From positions 18,538,001 through 18,602,000 of the forward strand of contig CM120645.1 in assembly GCA_051362555.1 (NCBI GenBank): a DNA stretch of 64,000 nt. Direction: 5' to 3'. Origin of the DNA: Lingula anatina (taxonomy: Eukaryota > Animalia > Brachiopoda). Positions 25,001-37,014 of this stretch are shown here, piece by piece. A program made the translations under genes and the position numbers. Positions within the stretch are counted from its first letter, which is position 1; the number at the start of each line of letters is the position of its first letter. The notes beneath the pieces were generated by a model that was not told where the DNA came from, made no database searches, and saw nothing but the letters and a program-made list of their open reading frames with translations.

Positions 25001-27344
25001 AGTGTATTCGTGTATCGCATCAACTGACGGCGAGGTCGCCCAAGCTCGAGCTTGGATTAGTTCACATACGTCATCATGCACTTTAGGTGAGGAAATATTA
25101 AAACATATCAAACTTCGCGAAACAATTTTATGTGTAAAAATGTAAGAAATGTTCTGGAAAACGACTGAATTCATGACATCGTTAGTTTCATTTGTTATTT
25201 TATAACTATTCCCTCTTAATATTAAAATATAAATTCTGATCAATCCAGTTGTGAAGTTTAAAGGTAAAATTATTAACTCTAATACTGGACACATCCAAAA
25301 GACATCTTCAGGGAACTGTCACTACAGGTGACACAGCTGGTGGTATTGCAGCTTTCACGTGACAGTCGGCATTTCCCTTTTAATGTGCGTTCACAATGAA
25401 AGTATCGTATGCGGTAGGTCGACACAGCTCTGCTGAGACTTTCGCAGATTACACGCCCCCTTGAGCAGCTAGGAGGTGATTAAGTTTCGTATTTTTGAAA
25501 CCCCTAATTCCAGATGGTTTAACTTTCGTGTGCGTTCTGTACGCCGCACTTAAAGTGTAGTGAAAAGCCTTCCAGAAGCCGAGAGCACACAAAGTTAAAC
25601 ACTCCCTGCTGCTAGTTTCATTCCGTTAATCTGCCATTCTGTCATTCAGCAAAAAGTCATTCAGCAAAAGTCCCCACGGAGTTGGAACCACCTACCTAGT
25701 ATGATAGGTTTATCGTGAACACACCCTTAGGGCCTACTTATGATTATCTTATCAATTTTCTTTGTTTTAAACTTTTTGTCATATAACTGCTTAGCGACCT
25801 GTATACATGTATGCCTACCAGTTGTGTTATTTGTTTTATTAAAAAGTACCATTTTCTAATCTTTTAGAATTCAAAGACAAGCCACTCAATATGACAGTGG
25901 ACGTTGGAAGTCTGCACATCTTCTCCTGTCGTGTGCAAGGCGCACAAATAGTATGGAAGAAAGATGGCGCTCCAATCGGTACCTCGTCGCGTGTGCGCAT
26001 ACTCCGCACAGGTTACCTCATCATCCAGGCCGTGGCGGCATCTGACGCCGGGAAGTACACGTGTGAAGCCACACGCCAAGAAGACGACTGCCATGACGAC
26101 AGAAGTGCCTGGCTGACAGTGGCTGGGATGGATGAAAGCAGCGTAGACAGCAGTCAGTTACTTTTTCCAATGATCTTAAGTTAAATTTACGATTTAATGT
26201 CCAAAAACATAATTGTCATTTTTTGTATCTTGAATGTACGGCCCCATTCCTATACACATCGTCGGTTTACGTGGATCGACCCAACTCTGTGGGGACTCGA
26301 GAGAGCTGCAATCACCTAAAGTGAATGACACGTGTCCTCTTGCAGAAAAGCTGGTGATTATACGAATGCGTTGGAAACAAGAGGAGTCGTGCCATTCAGT
26401 TAAGCTGATTGCACCTAGCGAGAGTCCCCGAAAAATTGGGTTGATCGATGGTGTCTATGGAAATAGGGTATCCAGCTCCTTTTAAACATTCAATATTCCC
26501 ACCTCCAAGATTTCTTCTTCTTTCAGTCTGCGGTCAGCCTACTGTGACAGTGCCTCCTCTGTCTCGTGGGAACATTGTCCACGGCCACGACGCCGTCAAG
26601 GGGAGCATACCGTGGCAGGTGATGCTCTGGGAACCAGAGGTTGGTCTTGTGTGCGGGGGAGCCCTCATCCACAAGAAATGGGTCGTCACCGCTGCACATT
26701 GCTTCTATGAGTTTCGAGAGATCTACGAACGAACCCTTGACGAACGCAATCTTATCATCCGTCTGGGCAAACACGACACACAAAACGTTGAGGACCACGA
26801 GCAGCAATTGAGAGTGGTGGATATTATCATTCATGAGGGGTTTAACCACACACTGTATGACAAAGACATCGCCATTATTGAATTAGAGACGGAAGCGTTC
26901 ATAACAGACCACGTGCGTCCTGTCTGCGTGTGTAGCGAGACTTTCTCCAAGACGAATTTCTTCAGTCGTATCAAACCACTAGGTAGGGTGTCTGGCTGGG
27001 GCGCTCTGACGAGTGGACCCTATCCCCTCAGACCACGCTACCTCAACGTCATCGACATCCCAGTCCAACGTCCGGACACGTGCCAGAACTCTACCACGTG
27101 GCCCGTCACAGCTCACATGTTCTGTGCCGGGTACGCTCGGGAAACCATCGGTGATGCGTGCAAGGGTGACAGTGGTGGTCCATTCGTGGTGAGACACGAT
27201 GACAGCGGGCGTTGGTACCTCCTGGGTCTGGTCAGCTGGGGTGAGGGGTGTGCACAGAGGGGAAAGTACGGGTTCTATGTGAACGTTAGCAGCTTTTATG
27301 ACTGGATACAGGACATATTGAATTTTGCAGATCACACTTTATAA
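22093..27344 (+). CDS. Modular trypsin-family serine protease: CBM14 chitin-binding + ABI3BP/FNDC1 C-terminal-like domain + 2 Ig domains + S1A protease (5' partial, >=715 aa)
   Basis: Phase-compatible exons 22093-22362, 23561-23711, 23937-24088, 24504-24686, 24799-25086, 25868-26152, 26527-27344. CBM14: DGLYGDPSSCAHFYRC...CP..L.WN....CDW. TARSH-C-like: CHGDKYVRRT...KYVGVILC...RYKLLMSD...NIAD..GHGQDHCEFV...YVRWYECG..IPG. Ig: C..W..D.G.Y.C. Intact catalytic motifs TAAHC / DIA / GDSGGP. Confidence 0.9.
22533..23412. mobile_element. Foldback-type MITE with long inverted arms (intron of the protease gene)
   Basis: TGCCGGTGTA...(GAAAATGTGACTCCCC)n versus (GGGGAGTCAGATTTTC)n...TACACCGGCA, with arms of ~270 bp. 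A solo right arm occurs at ~46890-47110. Confidence 0.8.
26240..26470. mobile_element. Harbinger-type MITE (related copies ~34457-34599; more distant ~25385-25727, ~34958-35110, ~42336-42410)
   Basis: TIR GGCCCCATTCCTATACACA / GTGTCTATGGAAATAGGG. Shared core CATTCAGTTA.GCTGATTGCAC.TA.CGAGA.TCCCCG. Confidence 0.65.
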
Positions 27345-28610
27345 CCGTCATTCTGTCCTGTTCTTTAAAAGATTTGAACAGAAAATTCAAATCCATCTGG
27401 TTAAAGGCCTACTTCTGTAAGAGCCTGGATATACCAGTATAAAACTGAAAATGCCCAGTAAAAGCAAATGCCCAGAATTGTTGAAAGGGTTGCACGCAAA
27501 CGTGTAATTGATCTAATTATGGTGTGTGACTTAAGTTACAATAAATTAGCTTGCACATTAAACGTATTGTCCAGAAGGATTTTTTACAAAAAAAAAAAAA
27601 AAAAAAAAAAAACAGTCTGTCGTGTTATTGGAAAATATGACAAATTTATACATAAATAGGCTATTACGTTTGCCAGTTCTCCACAATGTGGGTATTATAC
27701 TTTTGCTTTTTCTGCTTATTTTACAACCCCTTCTCTTTCTAGGTGATATTATCATATTACATGATAAACACTATGTATATATATATTTTGCTAAATATCG
27801 TAAAAAATGAAATCGAAGTCCTGACTCGAAGAACTGTTTTATACATGTATTTTGCTCCCACTCCCACTCAAAATTATCTTCACAGAACCCGTTTACGGTT
27901 TACCTCAGATGCTTGATTGCAACCACCGCAATGTAATTTAAAGGGAAGAAAAACTCCAATCTGGGGCTTACATTGTTGACACTTTTCAAAATACAATCTT
28001 TGGCATGGGCGTAACTAGGCATACGCACGGATGGACTGTGCGTACATTTTTTTGGCCAACCATGATATTATTTTATATAAATTTAGTGTATTTTTCACGG
28101 AATATAATCGAAAACCCTCTGCTAATTAAAGTCACTTATGTACAAATTCTCTGTATCAATTGTATATGCACAATTGTTCTGACCCCCCGTCTTGCATACT
28201 TTTATTGAACTGAGGCCTGTTACCATTACAAGTCCTATCTTAACCATCCATCTAACTAGAACATCCTTTACCATTTTATTGGAGGGTTAAGTGGCCTTCA
28301 ACTCTCCTGTAGTCTTGAGAGTATCGAACGCACTCTCGCTGGCGATATTTATCTCAGGTAAAATCTACCTGTGCGTTATTTTCAAAGAGCAGCTCACGTA
28401 GACCTGGGGGCACAAGATAAAATCAAAGGAAGAATTTTTATTGCAAAGCTTCAAAGCATCCAGTTTAGTCCTCCAAACTATCAGGGTGACATGGGTAATT
28501 TTCACAAACAAATAATTAAATTTAGATGTATCAAAGCTCTGTCGTGTCATAAAGTTGGTTGTTTTTGGGAGCAATGCACCCGCATGGAAGCTGGATGAAA
28601 CTGTATATAA

Positions 28611-28825
28611 CACCCCATTTCCATAGATTAGATCCACCTACTTAAGATCAACCTAACTCCCTGGGGGTTCACGCTAAATAGCTGTCAGCCGGGCGGACAC
28701 GAAAGTTAATTACCCCCTTACAGCTTGTAGTAGGCGGCACGGACATTTAAGTCGGATTATCTGAAAGTAATCTAGTGAGACTCCCCGTGGGGATAGATCG
28801 ATCTAAAATCTATGGGAATAGAGCC
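28611..28825. mobile_element. Harbinger-type MITE family, copy 2
   Basis: TAA TSD on both sides. Same core as 20317-20508. Confidence 0.85.
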
Positions 28826-31800
28826 TAAGTTCAACTCAGAGGCGGAACCAGGATTATTCGAAGGGGGAGGGGAGGGGTCCGCTGATGTGAAGTTAGCCTC
28901 CTTTTAAATGAATAAACCGTTCTGGGTAAATAAAAATATTGAAACTTTATTAAATCGCGAAAATATATTTGACTTAAATGATGATTTTATTATTATTGGA
29001 AATTAATCTACGATGTGTGGTACATATGCTGTGATTACGCTGCCCTTAATCTGTTTCGTTTGTCTACATTTTGCTGTACGTGCTGGGAATTTTCTGTGCG
29101 TACAATTTTTAAAGGTCTGGTTACGCCCCTGTTTGCAAAGAGAGAAGCTAGGCGGAAACAATGTTTTGTATTTCCCTTGGATGCCCTGGACGCAATGCAC
29201 AGTACGGTGAACATTGCATTAGTTGTGATAATAGCCCACTGTAACAGCGCACTACAATCACCAGAGTCATACAGTCATTGTTCTTGTCTTATCTTGCTAA
29301 CTGAAAGAATTGCAAATATCTAAATGTATAAATGTCTAGGAAAACTGTGAATTGGAGTTTTTCCATTAAAAAAAAAACAGCAAAATATAATTGTGTTTAT
29401 TAATTCAACATTGGCTGGATTTCGGTTATTGATCTACATGTATGCCTATGCATTCTGTGTTCTAGTGCATAAATCAATGAAAAATGAAACAAACCAATAC
29501 TGTAACTTTAAAGTACAGAAGGAGACATTTTAGTGCAAAATACAACATACTTAAATTGGATTTTGATTTTCTAAATGCCCAATTTTAACTTTTTATGCAT
29601 TCAAAAGAAAAGAAAAGAAAATATCCGTTGCCTTCCTGGCCGTTTTGAGACAGACTGGGGGCGCGATCTTGAATTTCGATTGTTTTCATATGACACATGC
29701 AGTTAACAATGTTTGAACTATGATACGTTTAAGTCATGTCATGTCATTGAAATAAATCAATTTTTTCCAATTATTTGAAGTTGAAAATTTTTCCCACTGT
29801 CCGAAGCTAAACGAACAGTAACCGATCACGCCAGCGTCGTCCTCCCTAGGTCATTAAGTAAATAGTATTTCATGACAACTGTGACTTTACAGTGTGATTC
29901 ATTATGGTCTGGGACATTCTACTGTTGACGCGGAGATATTAAATATGATATCGACAGCAACTAATTGACTCGGTGGGCGTTTTGATTTGACTGTTGAATT
30001 AACAGCTCGGCTTGGGATTAAAGCCTGTGGACCTCCTGCTGGAGCTGTGACAACCCGTCTCCTTCCTCACCGTGCAGTGCAGCAGTGATAGCATAATACA
30101 TGTGTAAATAATGTGGAATAAATACAAGTGTACACGTTAATACCAATAATTCAACCGAGGACATTTAACACATCGATGATGAGCAAAATATAAATGAAAG
30201 ACTGTCAGATGTCAATGAATCAATAACTCATTATAAATAAATTGTGTTCAGATTTTACATGAAACAATCCTTGATGAAATATAATGCTACACACTTAGTC
30301 GACTTGTTTTTGTGAATCGAAGTATCTGACGCTTCATTTAAACACTGTACGCACTATGATAATCTTTGACGGAGTGGATATGAAAAGGACAAGCTTTAGT
30401 ATCATCAAGAACTGGGTACATGATTTATCTTTTTCTGATTGTAGGCCTAATAGTTCCTGAAAACGCGAGTTCCGCTGAGTGACACATTAGAAAATAGGAC
30501 TCGGGAACCCGCACACGGTTTTTAAATGTTCACTTAATTGCTTTAAACATATTCCACTTTTCTCAAATAAAACGAAAAGCGTAAAGTTCACTTTCAAAGA
30601 AAGGAACAGTACTAGTATATAATTTACTGCGTTGCTTGTTGTGGCAACACCATGCACTTGTCGTTGTTTCCAGGGAGCCGCCGGCAATGCGTTCTCAAAT
30701 AGCGGTGCACGGAAACAATTCCAATTAAAACTAACGCCTATGACCCATAGAAAACAACGACCAAAGAGCATTTGTGTGCAATTAGTTCATTTCACGTTCT
30801 TACTTAGTATTTACGTTTCCCTCCAGATATGTCTGATAAGGAAAAGATTACCGTAGTTCCCTTCTGAGCTTTGGTTCGCTTACGAGTGCCGCTCTTTATG
30901 ACGGAGTAGACATTTTGAAGAAAAAGATGTTACACCAGTAAGATGCTTCCTGGTAAAACAAAAGAAAATGTAGGTAAGTGAATATTGTTGCTTTTTTCAT
31001 GTGACGGACGTATTTTTGCATCGTTGACCTTAATCAAATGATGCACTGGGACTCGTTTACAGTTGCATGATGCTATTTTTTTTCAAGCCCTTGTGATGCC
31101 TGCAACTCTGCCATGAAGATTTGCAAATATCCCCTTTTTGACAAAGAGATATTGTAAAAATTAGAAGATCCATTGAGGAGTCTAGCAACAAAGAGTCCAG
31201 GGCTTAATTCATGTGGAGGCGGATAATCTGTTTCAATCATATTTAAGAGATACAGGTATAGAGATTAATTTACTGATTCTCGTGAGCCAACAACAACAGG
31301 GACAAAATACCAGTCTCTGTTTTGAGTAAGGATATTAAAAAACTATTGGTTCTAGATGTCAAAAGGGTATCTGTCCAAAAGATATTGAATAAAGAACTTA
31401 TCAGCAGTTATTTTTATTTATTTATTTATTTATTTATTGTTCATACTATTGTGTCCGTCCGCAAAATGTAAATAATTTTCAATTATCAAAATTCCACAAT
31501 GTTAGATACTATATTTGAGAATGCCATTGGTCGAAGAGTGGGAATGGACTTGAACAGGTCTGGGACATAATTCTTTTTACTGTGCGAATGTCGCTTAGTG
31601 CTTATACTTCGTACATCAACCAATGGTGACATTATGGAAAACATTACGGTTCTTTAGAATCATTGTGTTAAGTCCTCTGTTTTTAACAAGTCCATTCCAT
31701 ACAGCTTAAAATCAAAACGTGTACAGAAAACACCTATACAGAAAGCTTTCCTTACGTACATTCGCTCTCGTCTTAACGTACACAATGGTTTCAGCTTTGA

Positions 31801-32531
31801 TAGATCACACCAATTATATTTATGGTTAACTTTGTTATATTAAATCAGGTTGATGTAAACCCTTCCATTAATCTTTGTTGATTATAAACAGAACTGAAAA
31901 CATTTATTATTACTATTATTGTTATTATTTTGAAATGGTGTTGAGATAATTTAGGATGTATTAACAATGTGCGAGGTTAGCAGTGACTCAGTAGAAAGTA
32001 ATACAGATTTCTCACAAACACGTGCTGGAAATGTTTTTAGCTTCAATAATTCGTGTAGACGCGAGGTGTATGGGTTTAAAAAACTACAGCAAAATAAATG
32101 GACTCAAACCACAGCCAACAAACACGTGCTGCACGTCCATGTAGGCCTACTGGGTGCCACGTGCAGCAATCTGTCAACACTTAATAGGGATGTCTATTTC
32201 TTTTAATGGCATTTCATACACAAGTTCCCTACAATACGAACTATCTAAAAAGGACAAAATTTTAATTTAAAAATTGCTAGCATATATCAAAATCACCCCA
32301 TTTCTGACAGTAATCGGTAATGATTTCAAACCCCATGCGAAGAAAAGATTAATGCCCTCAAACATTTTTTCATTAAAAGTACTTCGGCACTAGGACCAAT
32401 TTATAAACGATACGATAGTGGACCTTGTCTATAGTATATTGTTAATATGATTGTATTTTCATGATAAACATAATTTTTAATTTAGACAGCATTTTATTCA
32501 CCCTCTGGTAGTGCCTGAAAGGACCAAAAAG

Positions 32532-35500
32532 ATGTATTGTACATATTGCATGATAGAGGGACCGTGGATAGTTTTGCTGTCCACAGTGATGCTGATGTTA
32601 TCTACATGTACGGCTCAGAACAACTCCAGCCCTTCACGTGAGTATTACACTCCACGCTGATTTCAGGGTAAAAGAGGAGTTTTTCTTATTTTTGCGTATG
32701 TGAAAAATAAATTATTGATATATTGTGACTTTAAAAAAGTGACCTATGAATCGTCATCAGGAGATTCAAATATACATGATGTTATGACTATTACAACTAT
32801 GACAATGATACTTGCCCTGCATATTTCGTTGCAATCATAGAAAAAGTTATTTTGCCTTTTATTCTACAATCTTAGCACCTTCTACAACATCACTACCGTC
32901 CACAACCACAACGACAGCGGCGACCACCACGCCTATCCCATCATCTCTACCGTCCACAACCACAACGACAGCGATGACCACCACGCCTATCCCATCCTGC
33001 CCTCAGCCGCCCATTGTCCAGGACGCTGACCTGCTGACCACCGGGCCCTTCATCGCCCACAGACGCATTGAATATCAGTGCCATACCGGCTTTAAGATGA
33101 GTGGCCTTTCCAACGATATGCTTTGTGATGGCAACCTGCAGTGGGCAGGCAGGCCACCCCAGTGTCTCCGGACTTGCCCAACCCCACCAGTCATCGCCAA
33201 CGCCGTAGTCAAATCCACGGGCCCGTACACATCGGGCGAAACAGTAGAATATGAATGCAGTGCTGGGTTTTTGATGACGGGACAGGCAACACGGACCTGT
33301 GGGAACAGTTTCAGATGGGAGGGCAGTCCTCCTTCGTGCAACCCCACGTGCCCCAACCCTCCTGGTGTAGCCAACGCCCACCTTTCATCAGCAGGCCCTT
33401 ACCCCGTGGGGTCGCAGGCGTCGTATGCCTGTGGGAGTGACTTCCAGATGGACGGGTCGCCCACCCTGACCTGTGGCAGTGGCCTCCAGTGGCAGGGCTC
33501 GCCCCCGACTTGTAAACCCATTGACCGGTCTCCTAGGATAGAAACCAACCAGCATATTAACTGGCCTAGTGGGTATTTTAACACTACACAGCCTTTCAAT
33601 AGCAATGCCACCTCCTCAGGCGTCAATCCGGCTTTGGTTACAGTGGATAGCTCTACAAGCCGAAATTTAGCTACAACTTTCGCTTACACTCCCGCTGCTT
33701 TCGTCCCGCACCCTACTACCCCTTATTTTCCACAAAATCAGCAGGAACAACCAACACAATCGATAGTCACACCTAACACATTTACAGGTCACAACCAACA
33801 CAGGCCTCTTTCAAACTCCTTGTTTAGTCTATTGACATCAATACCCCCGCTCTGTTCGCAGCCGCTTGGAATCCCAAACGGCGAAATTATCTCTAACGGC
33901 CCGTATCATCCTGCGGATCTGGTGATATACCGATGTTTGCCGGGATTTGTGATGAATGCTAGGACAACGTCACAGGTTTGCGGAAGTTCAGGATATTGGA
34001 TTGGTGCCCCGCCGCAATGCCATGTCTTGCCAAAGTCGCCACCGGCCCCAGCTCCACCTTCTGTCAAAAATAACCAAATGGTGTTCATCAATATTTCACT
34101 TTGTAAGTCCTCGAAACAGAAATCAATTTTGGCATGCGCATGAAAACTATCCTCGATTAGAAGAGCGGGACTCAAAGCATCTGGGCTGCAAAATCATTTG
34201 ACGTATTTAATAACAGCGGAATCATATGTTAAGCTCGCAACAAGCCTTTTATTTATCTCATATGGCGATCTAGATGTGTTTTGACAAACACTCACTTCTT
34301 ACATGTAACCCACTTAAAGCATTTATAACTAAAACATTACTAACTACATGACACTATATTTGGCACTTTTCACCTTTTCTGCTGATCATACAAGTACTTC
34401 GATTCCCTTAGACTGCCGCTTGTGTAATGTAGAGCAAAATAACTGCCGTATTCTTGTGCCCCATTCTCATATACACCAACTCCGCGGGAACACTCGATCA
34501 CTGAATGCTGTCATTCAGTTATGCTGATTGCACTTAACGAGAATCCCCGCAGAGTTGGGTCGACCCACGCAGAGCGGTGGTGTCTATGAGAATGGGGTCT
34601 TAAACACCACCTTATTATCAATGCATTTCTGGAAATTATGTTGGTGAGTATTGATCTTGTCTATACGTAGCTTTCACATCGCTGCCACGTCTCCGAGCGC
34701 TAGAAAAATCTGCATCTATGGGTGCTTTCCCAGAGATTTAGATCGATCTAAAGATTATTTTTTAGATCGACCTAACTCCCTGGGGGTTCACGCTAAATTG
34801 CAGTCAGCCGAGCGGGCACCATAGTTAATTACCCCCTTACAGCTTTTAGTAGGCGGGACAGACGTTTAAACCGGCCAAGCTGACAGTAATCTAGTGAGAC
34901 TCCCCACAGGGATAGATCGATCTAAAATTCTATGGAAATGGGGTGTATATCTCTCTAGGGGCTCATCCCCAATGAAACTATCGTTCTCCCTTGATCAATC
35001 CACTTATGCCGGGACTCTCGCTAAATGCAATCAGATTAACACGCCCCCTTTTGTTTCAAACGTACTCGTAAGATCACCAGCTCATTGTGAATGAGGTGTA
35101 GGTTTTCTGGAATACTAACCCATGCTTCATGCTTAATGATTAGAGTCGAGATAATTCTTTTCATAATCAGTTTCATGTTGAATAAAATAAAGGCTGAATT
35201 CAAAATTGGGCCTAGTTATAATTTAATTGGGGTGGCTCCTCCAAGCGCTAGAAAAGAGTGGCTTATCTTTGAATGTGTTCACTGAAACAGGCGCAGGCAA
35301 ACATATTGCTATATTTATATAAATATATGTAGTGTCTTACCCTCTGATAAAGTATCTACGAACGCACCATGTTGTCAGAGAGATATATTGTATTGCCAGT
35401 CTATCTTAGTAAACGTGTGAACACGGCCTTATCAGTGCGTTGCACTTATGCAGGTGCTTATCCGCTTTAATATACCCATATCTACAGTATAAGATTCTCT

Positions 35501-36549
35501 GGCTTTGGATCCATCTGTTATGCACTAACAACAGAGCCAAATTAAATTAAATTTGAAGTTGTACGGATTTGTGGATAATCAATTGTTAATTCATAATTGT
35601 TTTCTGTCAACTATGTGGCAATTTCTGTCTTCTAGATTTATTATTTAACAGAAGTTTGCATGTTTGTTCTTTAAACAACACTTAATGAACGTATACGTTT
35701 AACTGAAATTTAATTTTTTTATAGAATTAAAGCATCTTGCCGCTGAAAGAAATGCAAGTGAATGAAATCATTTTCCTTGTTACCACTGCAATTTACAAAA
35801 TAAAATATTTTAACATTACAGACTGGGGCAATGGCAAGAACACGGGGTCTACTTTCACTGGGGACACTGGAGGCGGCTTCCCGACCTGGTTAGGGATTCT
35901 TCTCGGGGTCATTTTTGGCCTCCTCTTACTGGGCCTCCTGGCCTGGCTCATCTGGGCCTGCTGCTGTGGCGGTGGCTGCTGTGGCGTTCAAGGCTGTATG
36001 GGAGGAGGCGGGGGAACAGCGGGATGCCAGGGATGCTGCCCTCGGTATGACGCTTCCCTTTTGTATCAGAGAATTTCACATTCACTTCGACTCCTTAGTA
36101 TTTCCTATTCTCTTGAAGTTTTACGTTCAACTCCTCCCACAGCCTTACCGATCTTTTTCCGTGATATTTTTAACCATCTGATTTAGTGATTTTTAAACCA
36201 TGCAGTTTTTTACATTTAATTTTAGTCATACGTCCATAATTCCAATGATGGTTTATCTTAATTTAGCTCCTCTAGAACTCTGATTGCGTTCATTTTTTGT
36301 TTTCGCTTTAAGTCGCACACACGTTGCCAATGAGACAGAGTACGTCCGTTATTCCAAAGAAAGTCCCGTGGCACAGAAAAGGGTCGTGAAGAAGAAAATT
36401 ACACGCCAGAATAACGAGCCGGAGTATGATGTTGAACATGCATATGATCACGTAGAGATCATCCATCTAGATGATGATCGTGAACCAAAGAGACAAAATA
36501 AGTCCTATGGCCCTAATGTCAGGTAAGCCCCAAAATACAATCGGGTAAC

Positions 36550-36590
<41 letters not shown>

Positions 36591-36975
36591 CAGGGTGCGT
36601 GCGGGCGTGCGTGCGTGTATCTGTTTGTGTGTGTGGATGTAATCATTTCTGGAAAAACAAATGCGTAGTATTGAATTTCACAGTTATCCCCTTCATTATC
36701 CCTTTACTCGCTACTGTTAAAATCACCAATGCAGTTTTTAAAACATCGCCATTTCAACGGTTTACTCAATTTCCTTCTTGTTTAATGTGTTAAAGTAAAT
36801 TAATATAAAGGGGAAACACGTTGCAAAAAAAAACACCCCTTAAATAGTAAACGCTGTCTTAGTTTTGTAATCACAAAAGATATATTGCCTATCGATTCCT
36901 TATGAAACTGCAAATCGATACTCAGCAAACCATTCCATTTGCTTGCACAGCGTCTGTCGTGAAAACTGCACTTCT

Positions 36976-37014
<39 letters not shown>

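Noticed and set aside
24656-25294. 212-aa minus-strand ORF (and similar antisense ORFs at 26523-27335, 32947-33626, 37345-37632)
   Set aside because: These are antisense shadows of real coding exons with no recognisable motifs.
26448-26526. Listed start of the 298-aa protease ORF
   Set aside because: It begins inside a MITE in intron sequence. The real exon starts at the acceptor 26527.
30826-30973. Exon-like segment with acceptor and TAG|GTAAGT donor upstream of the CCP gene
   Set aside because: It contains only short ORFs ending in stops. It is plausibly a 5'UTR exon but cannot be supported without transcripts.
32812-32875. Listed start of the 443-aa CCP ORF
   Set aside because: It is a non-ATG start in intron sequence. 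The signal peptide is on exon 32532-32637.
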